Positions 1 through 11,213 of a stretch of 64,000 bases of DNA are shown here, piece by piece. Made by a program: the position numbers and the translations under genes. Numbering within the stretch: position 1 is the stretch's first letter; each line of letters opens with the position of its first letter. The DNA lies in contig CM059432.1 in the NCBI GenBank assembly GCA_030390025.1, positions 131,256,001-131,320,000 on the forward strand, written 5' to 3'. Source of the stretch: Squalus acanthias. Taxonomy: Eukaryota. Under the pieces are notes generated by a model that did not search any database, was not told the DNA's origin, and saw nothing but the letters and a program-made list of their open reading frames with translations.

Positions 1-610
1 TCCAAATACACTACATCCACTGGTTCCCCCTTATCTACCCAGCTAGTTGCGCCCTCAAAAAACTCTAGTAGACTTGTCAAACACAATTTCCCTTTCATAA
101 ATCTGTGTTGACCCTGCCTAATCTTATTCTGATTTTCTAAGTACCCTGTTACCATGTCCATAATAGATTCTAACATATTCTCTACGACTGATGTCAGGCT
201 AACTGGCCTATAGTTTTGTTTTCTCTCTCCTTCCTTTCTTGAATAGCGGAACAACATTTGCTACCTTCCAATCCCGCGGGGAACATTCTGGAATCTAGGG
301 AATTCTGGAAGACCAAAACCAATGCATCCACTATCTCTGTAGCCACCTCTTTTAAAACTCACTACCATAGGGAGTGGTTGAAGCGAATAGTATAGATGCA
401 TTTAAGGGGAGGCTAGACAAGCATATGAGGGAGAAGGGAATAGAGGGTTATGCTGATAGATTTAGATGAGGAAAGATGCGAGGAGGCTCGAGTGGAGCAT
501 AAATGCCAGCATGGACTGGTTGGGCCGAATGGCCTGTTTCTGTGCCGTATATTCTATACAATCCTATTTCCAGAATTTTTTTTGTCTTCTACCATGAAGA
601 CAGATACAAA
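1..610 (-). mobile_element. CR1-clade LINE ORF2 fragment (RT region); interrupted by a nested CR1 tail and a Harbinger derivative
   Basis: Closely parallels the CR1 copy at ~19750-20285 (both end ...gaagacagayacaaa); appears to continue at ~2619. Confidence 0.85.
360..556 (+). mobile_element. CR1 LINE 3' end/tail fragment nested in the opposite-strand CR1
   Basis: FKGRLDKHM-type ORF2 C-terminus followed by the tail ...gggccgaatggcctgtttctgtg; reverse complement of the fragments at 11066 and 25646. Confidence 0.8.
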
Positions 611-2618
611 GGCTGGAATTTTCTGTACCTGGGTGGGTCGTATGCGGGCAGTTGCCATGGCGGGTCGTGACCCTGTTCTTCATACCATGCCACTCCTGAG
701 ATTGACTTTCTGTTAATGGGTCCTATTAAAGCCGCCCTGCGCGTTACCCAGCCCTATTAAATGGTACAGGTCTGATGATGTCATCGATGATGCATTTTCA
801 GCTGGGATATTTAAAGGAGCCATGGCCACATTGCATTTGAAGGTTCACCTAAGAGTGTGCAGGCAGCATACTGCACAATTGGACTGCTACAAAGAGTGCC
901 AAACATGACTGCACTGAGACAGAGGGCTGCACTCAGGTTGTCCGATGACTCTCTCCTTATGCTTGTGGAGGGAGTGAGAGCACGCAGGGGGTGCTCTTCC
1001 CTTTTACTGGGCGGAAGAGACCTCCCCAGGAGATCGAAGGAGTCTGGCTCCAAATAGCAGAGGAGGTCAACAGCAGGGATGTGGTCAGGAGGACCTGGGT
1101 GCAGTGCCGCAAATGTTTCAATGATCTCATTAGATCAGGAAAGGTGAGTGCAAAGCCACACTCAACTTCATCCTGCTGCGCGCCTCATCACATTCCCATC
1201 ACTCTGCCTTCCAAACCCTACCCTTGCTTATCCTTACTCACACCAACATACCTTGCATGTCCACCCATCCCTTTCGCTCTATCTACATTATCACATCCCC
1301 ATCTCACTCGCCACCCCTTACACCCACCCTCATCCAAATGCAATCATACAAACTAACAACACACAAGGAGGCCACTTGGCATTGCTACCCCACGCCATCA
1401 TAGTCACCCTCTACAGATGTAACCAATTCATTCCTTACACTCATTCCATCACTCCCACTCAACCTTTTCTTCTTTCCCTCCTTGCAGGAAAAGAGATCCC
1501 ACAATAAGAGGGAGAGGGAGAGAACCGGAGGTGGCACTCCATCATTGGCCACCCTAACATCAGCAGAGGAGGCTGCCTTGGAAGTCTCTGGATTCGCCGA
1601 GTAGCTGGAGGTGGAAGATGGAGAGAGGGGGACATCTCAGCAACCTGGTGACGGAATTACATATCATACAGCTACATGGCATATAGCAGTCACTCATATG
1701 GGGACTGATTTCAGCAGCCAGTGAATGTTCATCATGTGCATAATGGTATCGGTACCCATTCTTCATATGACATATCTAACTTATCTCTTTACTCTCCCAC
1801 AGGTCCATCGTGACCTGGCGCGATAGCCTGATCCTCCTTTGGCACTGCTGCTCCATCATGTTGAGGAAGCTCATCCTCTGCCAGTATACCCTGTGTTGGG
1901 GGTATCGCCTCCGGCACGGTGCAGTATGTGCTGATGCTCTCTGTCCTGTGCAACATCAGGTGGTTGAGGAGAAGGTTGGTGGTGGTGTTGTTGGTGCTGC
2001 TGCTGTGCCTGGTGCTGCTGGTATTGGGGATCATCATGGTCCGATTCTGAGGACCAAGGTGAGATAGGATAAACGGCACCCATGCTGATGGAATAGATGG
2101 TAGGTCAAGTAGAGATGACAGAAGCGATTTGTCAATGGTGTGATAGGTTCTATCAATGAGATGACACTGGATGCTGACGTTGCTGGAAACACTTGCAACC
2201 TCTAGATAGCTAAATCTGTACTGAGAATGCAGTCAGCAACAGCATCTGCCTTATGAAAGTGATCAGCTTTGAGATTGGAGTTTTTATTGTACTTTTCATG
2301 CTGTGCACTAAAGAGCTGGATCAATGGCCACTAAACTTCGCCTCAGGCTCACAGACATGGGTCCCAAGCTGCGTGATTCCCGTGCTCATCCAGGGAAATT
2401 TGAAAGGTAGGGTGAAAAGGCACTTAAGGATCTGACAAGTACCTCATAATGATTTAAATTAGCTCGCCCACCTCTGCCGTTCGGGTCACTGCCGCACCAG
2501 CAAAGGCACTCGAGGGAAAGGCACGTGGGGACGGGATGACGGCGGGTTCCTAACCTGCTGCAAGATATTTCAAATTTCCCACCTGACCCGCCTCCAATCG
2601 TGCCTGCACGGACCCCAG
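611..2618 (+). mobile_element. Non-autonomous Harbinger deletion derivative (Myb/SANT exons 1-2 fused to the antisense transposase 5' end)
   Basis: Left TIR GGCTGGAATTTT. Myb exon 905-1143 (RAALRLSDDSL...WVQCRKCFNDL, donor AG|GTGAGT, frameshifted) and exon 1488-1647 (EKRSHNKRERERTGGG). Transposase N-terminus on - strand 1811-2083. Right TIR not recognisable. Confidence 0.85.
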
Positions 2619-3258
2619 AGCATTTGTTTAATGTTTCTGCCATTTCCTTATTCTCCATTATAATTTCTCCTGTATCTACCTATAAGGGACCCATGTTTAC
2701 TTTTGCTAATCTCTTCCTTTTTACATACCTATAGAAGCTTTTACAATCTTTTTATATCTCTTGCTAGTTTACTCTCATATTCTATTTTCTTTTTCTTTAT
2801 CAATTTCTTGGTCATTCTTTGCTGAATTCTAAAATCCTCCAAATCCTCAGGCTTACTACTCTTTTTGGCAACATTATAAGCCTCTTTCTTTAATCTAATA
2901 CTATCTTTAACTTCTCTTGTTAGCCACGGTTGGACCACTTTTCCCATGGGTTTTTATTTCTTATGGGAAGTATATTCATTGCGAATTATGAATTATTTCT
3001 TTAAATACTTGCCATTGCTTTTCTCCTGTCCTATCTTTTAATCTAGTTTCCCAATCTACCTTAGCCAACTCACCCCTCATACCTACGTAGTTTGCTTTGT
3101 TCAGATTTAAGACCCTAGTTTCGGACTTAACTAAATCACTCTCAAACTCAATATAAACTGCTATGATATTATGATTACTCTTCCCCAGAGACTCCTTTAC
3201 TATAAGGTTATTAATTTACCATGTCTCATTGCACAATACTAGATCTAAAATAGCTTGA
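2619..3258 (-). mobile_element. CR1 LINE ORF2 fragment (EN-RT linker), continuation of 1-610
   Basis: QPWLTREVKDSIRLKKEAY and EMAETLNK motifs typical of CR1 ORF2. Confidence 0.85.
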
Positions 3259-3869
3259 CATAATAGGTCTCTGCCTCTATTTCCTTTTCACTACATCTGG
3301 ACTGAGCCTACCCCACATACACCAAAGAGGAATATCTGCCCTTTGGTGTATGTACTCACACTTAGGCCGCGATTTTGCCGGCGCTCAGAGGGCGCGTTTG
3401 GAGGTGGGTCCAGAGTTAAAATCAAAACGATTGATGGCGGGTTGCGAATCCGCTGCCATCCCGTACCCACGCAACTTTACAGAATGTCAGGTGGGAGAGC
3501 CACTTCAGGCAGTTAACAGCTTGTTAACTGCCTGGATAATCCTATTTTGAGAGGCTCTTCCCATTTTGCAACATTTTCAGCGTGTTGCCCGTCATGCGAC
3601 AAACACGCCAGCTGATTGTGCCGGGTTCAGCAACTAGCTGAATAGTTGACAGCTGCACCTGCAGCATAAAAGCTGACCTGCAACATGAGTTCACTTTCAG
3701 ATGCCAAAACTTTCTGTTTTGAGGTTTTGGAACACATTTTGCAGGTGTATTGAGGTTGTAAGTGTTTAATCTGAAATCAAATGCACTGTGACCTCCTTGG
3801 AATACCCTCTCCCTACATTGACTGAGTGCTTATAACATCTCTTCCTCAACTGAGATATATATCAACAGA

Positions 3870-5064
3870 ATGGGAACCATTTATACCTTCTCATCCTGGT
3901 CCTCAGATCGGAGGAAGAGCAGCCGCAGCAGCAGCAGTGCCAACCTTCTCCTCAGCCACCTGATGCTGCACAGGGCAGAGGGCGTCAAGCACAGGGCTGC
4001 ACCGCGCCGCAGGAGATACCCCCAACACAGGGTTTACAGGCAGAGGATGAGCTTCCTCAGTATGAGTGAGCAGCAGTGCCAAAGGAGGCTGAGACTTTCG
4101 CGAGAGGTAGTCGCTGACATCTGCACAATGCTGCACCAACACCTGTAAGCCCAGAGGAGCGGGTGGACACTCCTTACCAGTGGCTGTCAAAGTTACCACT
4201 GCACTCAACTTCTTTGCTTCAGGGTCCTTCCAGGGATCAGCAGCAGACATACACGGCATCTCTCAGTCGGCCGCACACAGTTGCATCATGCAGGTTACTG
4301 ATGCCCTCTTTGCCAAGTCGCACAATTATATCCACTTCTCCATGGATGAAGCAAGTGTTACCGCACGTGCGGTTGACTTTGCAAATATGGCAGGCTTCCC
4401 AAGGATGCAGGGCATCGTAGACTGCACACATGTGGCCATTAGGGCACCCCATCACAACCCAGCTGTATTTGTGAACCGCAAGGGCTTCCACTCCCTTAAC
4501 GTCCAGCTGGTGTGTAACCATGGGAAGAACATTATGCATGTTTGCGCCAAGTTCCCTGTCAGTTGCCATGACTCGTTCATCCTGCGGCAGTCCACTGTGC
4601 CTCAGCTGTTCAATCCGCCAACTCAACTTTCGGGATGTCTCCTTGGAGACGAGGGCTATCTCCTGAAGACGTGGCTAATGATACCAATGAGGAGGCCATC
4701 AAACGAAGCTGAGGAGCTCTACAATGAGAGCCACATTGCCACCAGAAGCATCATAGAGCAAACCATCGGCTTGCTCAAAATGCAATCCAGATGCCTTAAC
4801 AGATCTGGTGGAGCCCTACAGTACTCACCAGCCAGGGTCTCCAGAATCATCGTGCTCTGCTGTGCCCTGCACAACATCGCACAGCAGTGTGGCTTACTGC
4901 TGCCTGAGGAACAAGTGGCACAGCGCACAGCCTCCTCCTCAGAGGAGGAGGAGGCGGCAGATGAGGAAGACCTTGTGGAGGCGGCTGTGCCAGTTCCACC
5001 AGCACGCGAGCACATTGCTGGCCGTGAGGCAAAGAATACACTAATCCATGCCAGATTCGCGTAA
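3870..5064 (+). pseudogene. Harbinger (HARBI1-like) DDE transposase with a +1 frameshift near 4146
   Basis: Motifs [48 protein letters not shown]-terminal ORF 3870-4148 is one base out of frame with 4180-5064. Confidence 0.93.
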
Positions 5065-6446
5065 CTTTACGCAGCAAACACATGTGGCTGACAAATGGAA
5101 ATGAGTGTCTGCACGACCTTCTTAACACACCATGCAGCATCTGTACAATAAACTGTGCTTTCCTATCACTCTCCCCACCATCACTACAGATGAAAGGCAC
5201 CCTAACCCCTCACTGTGCAACTTCCATTTCTGAGCACACACAGGCCAACTCTTTGAATCTTTGACATCGCATTTCTTTAATACAATTGAAATAACGATGA
5301 GAAACGTAACTTTGTATTATATCAAAACACCCAAGTGACTACCCTTGTTACTATTTGTGTGTTAATTTTCTCTTACACGTGCTTCTACATGGTGCTTCCC
5401 CTGTGGCTTCAGCAGATGTAGAGGCAGCTTGCTCACTTCTCTGCTGCGCCTGCTTAGATGCCTTTGGCGGGCATCCTCTGGATTTGGTAGCTCCTCCTGC
5501 GGCTGTGCAGGGGCTGAGACAGCTATCTCAGTTGGGTGAGGAATCTGGGGCTCTGACTGAGGGCTCCGCTGTGGCATGGGAGTGTGAACGCTTGGAGAGG
5601 AGCCCACACTTCCTTGTTGTCGACCACCAACATCCCTCTCATGGGTCACCCGCACTTCACTGCTAGCAAGTAGCTGGAGAGCACCTTGCTGCGCATGGGT
5701 GGGGCCATGAGGACCCATTTCTGTGCTGACTTTCCTCATAACAAGGACGTCCATGCACCTCTGGTTTCGCTCCTCAATAGATGCCCATCTATCCTCCATA
5801 GATGACCATCTATTTAGAAGTGTTACCATGTTCTGCTGTGTCTGGCGATTTATGTCCTCCATGGAGGTTGCCATCCTTTCCATGGCAGCACCTACATTTG
5901 CCATTGCGTGCACCACGGCATTGCTCATGTTTGACATGGACTTCTCCATTCTCTGCACACTCGCAGTTACCGTGGTTGCAAACCTTGTCAGAGACTCCTG
6001 CACTTGTTCCTGAAGTTCCAGCACCGCTCTCTTTCTGGATGGCCCCAGAGGCACAGTGTCCACATGCAGCTGAGCAGAGCTAGGAGCGTCTAGCACCCTC
6101 CGACAAGGACTCTCCTCTGTTGTCCCTATCTCCACCATCTGCTGATGCTCACTTGTGAGCTGTGATACACCAGGTGACAACACTAATCTATCTCGCGAAT
6201 GACCCACCGAGGTTTGCGTCTCTGCGCTGGTGCTGGGTGCGCTCATTTCTGCTGGCGCTGCTCCCTCAGAGGCTGCAGCTTCCTCTGAGGAGTCGTCCAG
6301 CTCTGCCTCCTGGACAGTGGGGAGGGAGGCTCTCGATGGTCCTGTGGGGGAGTAAAGGCATGAGTTAGACATGTGATATTTATGTAGCAGACACATCCCA
6401 TTGTGCAGATGATCAGAACTCAATCTGTATGAACATCAGATGCCAT

Positions 6447-7270
6447 GGGGGTGATTTTGTGACTGGGGGTGAGTTGGAGGCGGGACTGCTGCTTGTCGGG
6501 TCGATGTCCCACCTCCATCGATTTGTGGCCAACCCACGCTATTTTCCCTTAATTGACCTTGTTAAGCCCGCCCAGCGGGCTTAGCAGGCCAATCAAGGGA
6601 AAGCCAGTTGCAGAGCATGTCAACGTATGACGTTTCATCTGTCAAAAATTTTTGACAGATGAAATGTCATCGTTTGACAACTCTGTGAAGCTGTCAAACA
6701 GTGACAATCTCTGCAGTTTGATGAGGTCTTGCATACAAGACCTCATCAACCTTCTTTCTTTTACAGAAATGAGATGTTTGTTGCATCTGAGAATGCAACG
6801 GCCATCTCTCATCTGCAACACGGAGGTCCGAGAGTCTCTGCATACAAACCGACTGAAGCCTGCAGGAAGAAACAAAGGTAAATACACTTTTAAAAACACT
6901 TAGGACTTACCTCAGATACTCACCACTACACTCTTGTACCCATCACTTACCTTCACACCACACTTTTGCAACCCCCTGACCCCCGCAGACCCAGTACTCG
7001 CTGAGCTGAACTGGCGGGTTTTGGAGCCTTCGGGAAGCCCGCACTTATGAGGGCAAAAAGGGGATAATCCTATTTTCTGCCTGTTAACTACCTGTTAACA
7101 GGCAGTTAATAGGCTTTAATCCCTTCCCGCCTCCAAGGAGATGGGACCCGGCACGGGACGGCTACCCACCTCCTGGGAAGATGGCATGGAGGCGGGTTAC
7201 CAAATCCCGACATTTTCCCGGCAGTCCCACCTCCATACCCCACCTCCCCAGGGCTGGCAAAATCACCTCC
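6447..7270. mobile_element. Harbinger MITE nested in intron 2 of the Myb gene
   Basis: TIRs GGGGGTGATTTTG / CAAAATCACCTCC; CAT TSD at 6444-6446 and 7271-7273. Confidence 0.88.
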
Positions 7271-8009
7271 CATATCAGTCACTCATGAAATCTAAATGAG
7301 AGAGATGCAAATCTATTCTGTCACCAGCTTGCTCTACTGCGCCCATCTCTCCGTCACCCACTTCCAGCTCCTCTGCACCTCTGACGATCTTGATAGCAGC
7401 CTCCTCAGCATTGGTTAAATGCGCCATGGAAGGTGGCCCTCCTTCTGTCCTCCCCCTCTCCCTCTTATTGTGGGCTCTCTTTTCCTGCAATGAGGGACTC
7501 AAGTGGAGTTTGAGCGAGAATGTTGGAGTGAGTGTAGAGAATCCATGGCATAGATGCTTAGAGGGAGACAAAGATGGAGTGAGGTGCCAATACCAAGGGC
7601 CATCCCTGTGCGTTGTTAGTTGTTGTCATTGCATAACAGTGCTAGCGAGTGTAAGGGGTGCATAGTAGAATGGTGGAGTGATTCTGTACATAGAGAGAGA
7701 GGGATGGTTAAGGGTGCAAGGGATGTAAGGGTAAGTTGGGATGTGCAGGAGTAGGTTGACAATGTAGAATGCTGGTGATAAGAGATGGGGAGCAGATTGA
7801 AGGTATGTGTGATGTTATACTCACTTTTGTTGAGTGTAGCAGATCATTGAACCTTTTCCTGCACTGAACCCAGGTGCGTGCACACAAAGACCTGGCGCTA
7901 ACCTCCTCAGCAATTTGCAGCCAGGCTGCCTTGGTTTGCTGAGGAGGCTTCCTACGTCCATTGGAGGGAAACAGAACCTCCTTGCGCCCTCTTACTCCCT
8001 CCACAAGAG

Positions 8010-8112
8010 CATAAGAACATAAGAACATAAGAAATAGGAGCAGGAGTAGACCAATTGGCCCCTCGAGCCTGCTCCGCCATTCAATAAGATCATGGCTGAT
8101 CTGATCCTAACC
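8010..8112 (-). mobile_element. CR1/HER1-type 3' tail inserted in Myb exon 1
   Basis: (ataagaac)n-aaataggagcaggagtag...atcatggctgatc; same tail as at 18570. Confidence 0.85.
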
Positions 8113-8858
8113 GCCAATCTACTATCACAGAAAGGAGGGAGCTATCATCAAATCAGGGAGAAGCCTTGGTTCTTGCAGCAGTCATCTCGCAAAAAATACC
8201 ACTGAGGAGCATCAGAAAGTGAATACAGCCCAAAGGCTGCATGGGCCTCTTAAATGCAGCTGTATCGAAGACGTTAGCAGAGGTGAGCAGCAGACCCGAA
8301 CCCACTGATTGGGCTGGGTAACGTGCACGGCGGGCTTAATAAGCCCAGTTAACTCACTGAAACCGGCAGCGGGACCAGAACCCGACGCGAACCTGCCTCC
8401 GCTGACAAAATCGTGGCCTTAGTCTCTTGCTTTCTTCTCTCTTCCAAAGCAGTATTTGTTCATATTGTCTTACCAAGGGAAATAATCATTCTCATGCTCC
8501 CACTGTTTGGAATAATTATGTACAGCAAAATTTTTTAATTTTTAGGTCAAAGAATGTGCTTAATCTTTGGGTGGAGGGAAGGTTGGAAATTGTCAGCCCC
8601 CAGATTGCTGGTTTTGGCACTGGCAGCATCAGACAGCGAAAAAAATAGTTTAGGATTACTTTTATGTAATTGAGAACTTTTGTGAATGACGCAACACACT
8701 GATTCTTCGTCATCACCCACTTTTCTGAAGTATTCTGGTGGAATTTACCTTGAGAATCCTTGGAGGAATTTTATATGCTAACTGATAATATTAAAGATAC
8801 ATAAAGGATTTCTCAACATTACATATTCCAGTTCTATTATCTTGCGTAAGTAATAAAT

Positions 8859-9040
8859 GGGGTGAAATTGGACATGGATAGAGACGCAAAACAGGCGCAG
8901 TCACATTTGCTGAGCGTTATACGATACACTTGATATTCAGTTCCATTGAAGTCAATAACTGAATATTAGGCGGAGTGTATAACAAGCGACCGATGCAAAT
9001 CCACCTGTTTTGCGTCCCCACCCATGTGCCACTTCACCCC
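8859..9040. mobile_element. Short fold-back MITE (~180 bp)
   Basis: GGGGTGAA...TTCACCCC ends, arms complementary along most of the length, central ccattgaagtcaat. Related decayed copies at ~10302, ~12905-13080, ~24655-24868, ~25484, ~41671-41786, 50133-50242. Confidence 0.75.
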
Positions 9041-9132
9041 AAAAGTCTAGATGGAAATTTTAAATGGATATGTGTATTTTAAATAGAAACTAATTGAACG
9101 TGTGCTTCACTCTGAACTGCTTTTTTCCTCAG

Positions 9133-9219
9133 TGCTGCCCTTGTTTATAATGTCTCTTCCATGAAATATGAAAAACAATTCATGAAGCTGATGTCATCAC
9201 ATGTGGAGAAATACATTTG
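9133..9219 (+). CDS. Host gene A exon (87 nt, phase 2/2): AALVYNVSSMKYEKQFMKLMSSHVEKYI(W)
   Basis: Strong acceptor tttttttcctcag and open frame. Donor TG|GTCTGG is weak and abuts a LINE. Phase matches the next exon; ATG at 9161 could be the start codon. Confidence 0.65.
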
Positions 9220-10221
9220 GTCTGGTACTAGGTCCTTTGCTTTTTGTGGTATATATCGATGATCTAGACTTGAATATAGGGGGTATGATTACGAAGTTTG
9301 CAGATGATACTAAAATCGGCTGTGTGGTTGATACTGAAGAAGGAAGCTGTAGACTGCAGGAAGATATCAATAAATTGGTCATGTGTGCAGAACAGTGGCA
9401 AATGGAATTCAATCCGGAGAAGTGTGAGGTAATGCATTTGGGGAGGGCTAACCAGGAAAGGGAATACACATTAAATGGTAGGACACTGAGTAGTGTAGAG
9501 AAACAAAGGGACCTTGGAGTGCATGTCCACAGATCCCTGAAGGTAGCAGGCCAGGTGGATAAGGTGGTTAAGAAGGCATACGGAATGCTTGCCTTTATTA
9601 GCCGTGGCATAGAATACAAGAGCAGGGGGGGTTATGCTTCAACTGTATACAACACTAGTTAGGCCTCAGCTAGAGTACTGCGTGCAGTTCTGGTCACCAC
9701 ATTACAGGAAAGATGTGATTGCACTAGAGAGGGTACAGAGGAGATTTACAAGGATGTTGCCGGGAGTAGAGAATCTTAGCTATGAGGAAAGACTGGACAG
9801 GCTGGGTTTGTTTTCCTTGGAACAGAGGAGGCTGAGGGGAGACCTAATTGAGGTGTATAAAATTATGAGGGGCTTAGATAAAGTGGATAGAAAGGACCTA
9901 TTTCCCTTAGCAGAGGGGTCAAAAGCCAGGGGGCACAGATTTAAAGTAATTGGTGGAAGATTTAGAGGGGATTTGAGGGGAAATGTCTTCACCCAGAGGG
10001 TTGTGGGGGTCTGGAACTCACTGCCTGAAAGGGTGGTAGAGGCAGGAACCCTAACCACATTTAAAAAGTACTTGGATGTGCACTTGGGATGCTGTAACCT
10101 GCAGGGCTACGGACCAAGAGCTGGGAAGTGGGATTAGGCTGGATAGCTCTTTGTTGGCCGGCGCGGACACGATGGGCCGAAATGGCCTCCTTCCGTGCTG
10201 TAACTTTCTATGATTCTATGA
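9220..10221 (+). mobile_element. 5'-truncated CR1 LINE (RT C-terminal half plus 3' UTR)
   Basis: KFADDTK, RPQLEYCVQFWSP and RLRGDLIEVYKI motifs; frameshift near 9630; tail ttctatgattctatga. Confidence 0.95.
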
Positions 10222-10756
10222 CTTGTTTCTAGAGCTGCAGTGTTAATGTTGGTTGGATTACTGTGTATGGTGTGATTAGAGGAAGTGGTCTAGACTGCAT
10301 TGGGGTAAATTTTCATCTTCGGCGCCTGGGTGGAAATCTGGTAGAGTGTGTCACCTTCCCGTTGTAGAACTCGCTCCAATTTTTATTCCATTAAAATCAT
10401 GTAGAGAAGACGAAAGCCTACCGCAGTGTGTCATGAAGATCACTAGCTCATTTGTTTAATGAATCTCCTGATAGAGATTTCCTTAGTGGGAATGAAAATA
10501 GTCTGAAAAATATCTAATAGAAATTGTTCAGTGAGTTCAGGGTGCAGGTTCAGTTTAGTCTAAAAAATAATTGGAAAATCAATGGCTATATTCCACTTGA
10601 ACTTAGTATATCAGAAATAAACATAATACTCATTCCAAAATTACCAAAGTTGTGGGAACAGTAAATGCATCATATAACTTTGTACTTTATAGCAATACAT
10701 TTCTATCCTTCAATATTTGATGCAAGTTTAATTTTTTTTTGTCTATCCACTGATAG

Positions 10757-10955
10757 GGATAACTTGCGAGAGAAATTCTATATGCAAAGGACAAGTGTTA
10801 TACTGTACCTAGAGAAGCTGCCATATTTTTCTGCAAAGACTGACAAACTGCACAATTATATCCATGTCACAGCTGACCCGATCGTAGAACCTTTCTACAC
10901 CGAGGAAGACATACTTGAAGAGTATAACTTAAAGTATACTGTATTTGAAATAAAA
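10757..10955 (+). CDS. Host gene A exon (199 nt, phase 2/0): DNLREKFYMQRTSVILYLEKLPYFSAKTDKLHNYIHVTADPIVEPFYTEEDILEEYNLKYTVFEIK
   Basis: Poly-T acceptor ...gatag, donor AAA|GTAAGT, open frame, unique sequence. Confidence 0.85.
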
Positions 10956-11065
10956 GTAAGTCGTACACTTAGCTATGACATGCGATAGTACCATATTAAT
11001 CTTATTTCCCCCACGTATTATGGATCATAATAGCTGACATATCCCACAATTGAAAAATATAATTA

Positions 11066-11213
11066 TGCACAGAAACAGGCCATTCAGCCCAACTGGCCCA
11101 TGCTGGTGTTTATGCTCCACACGAGTCTCCTCCCACCCTCTTCATCTAATCCTATCAGCATAACATTCTATTCCTTTCTCCCTCATGTTTATCTAGCTTC
11201 CCCTTAAATGCAT
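11066..11213 (-). mobile_element. CR1 3' tail fragment
   Basis: Reverse-complement similarity to 395-545. Confidence 0.75.

Larger units (their letters stand above)
5362..8170 (-). pseudogene. Harbinger Myb/SANT-like (MSANTD/NAIF1-type) DNA-binding protein gene, 3 exons (~8170-7825, 7484-7325, 6341-~5362)
   Basis: Exon 1 LVEGVRGRKEVLF...WLQIAEEV...WVQCRKRFNDL with donor GTGAGT. Exon 2 EKRAHNKRERGRTEGG (phase 0 to 1). Exon 3 begins after cccacag, acidic then coiled-coil. Exon 1 is disrupted by a CR1 tail. Confidence 0.9.
3365..8418 (+). mobile_element. Full-length (inactivated) PIF/Harbinger DNA transposon
   Basis: TIRs GGCCGCGATTTTGCCGGCG / revcomp GGCCACGATTTTGTCAGCG; TTA TSD at 3362-3364 and 8419-8421; convergent transposase and Myb/SANT genes. 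Confidence 0.95.

Noticed and set aside
4180..5064. Domesticated host HARBI1 gene
   Set aside because: Lies within TIRs and a TSD, is frameshifted, and has several decayed paralogues in the window; it is a transposon copy.
5362..6423. 353-aa single-exon gene from the ORF track
   Set aside because: It is Myb exon 3 read through from intron sequence; the real acceptor is at 6342-6344.
8807..8845. Upstream coding exon ISQHYIFQFYYLA for gene A
   Set aside because: The donor is good, but the acceptor has no pyrimidine tract and an in-frame TAA lies just upstream; it may be 5' UTR, so it was not called.
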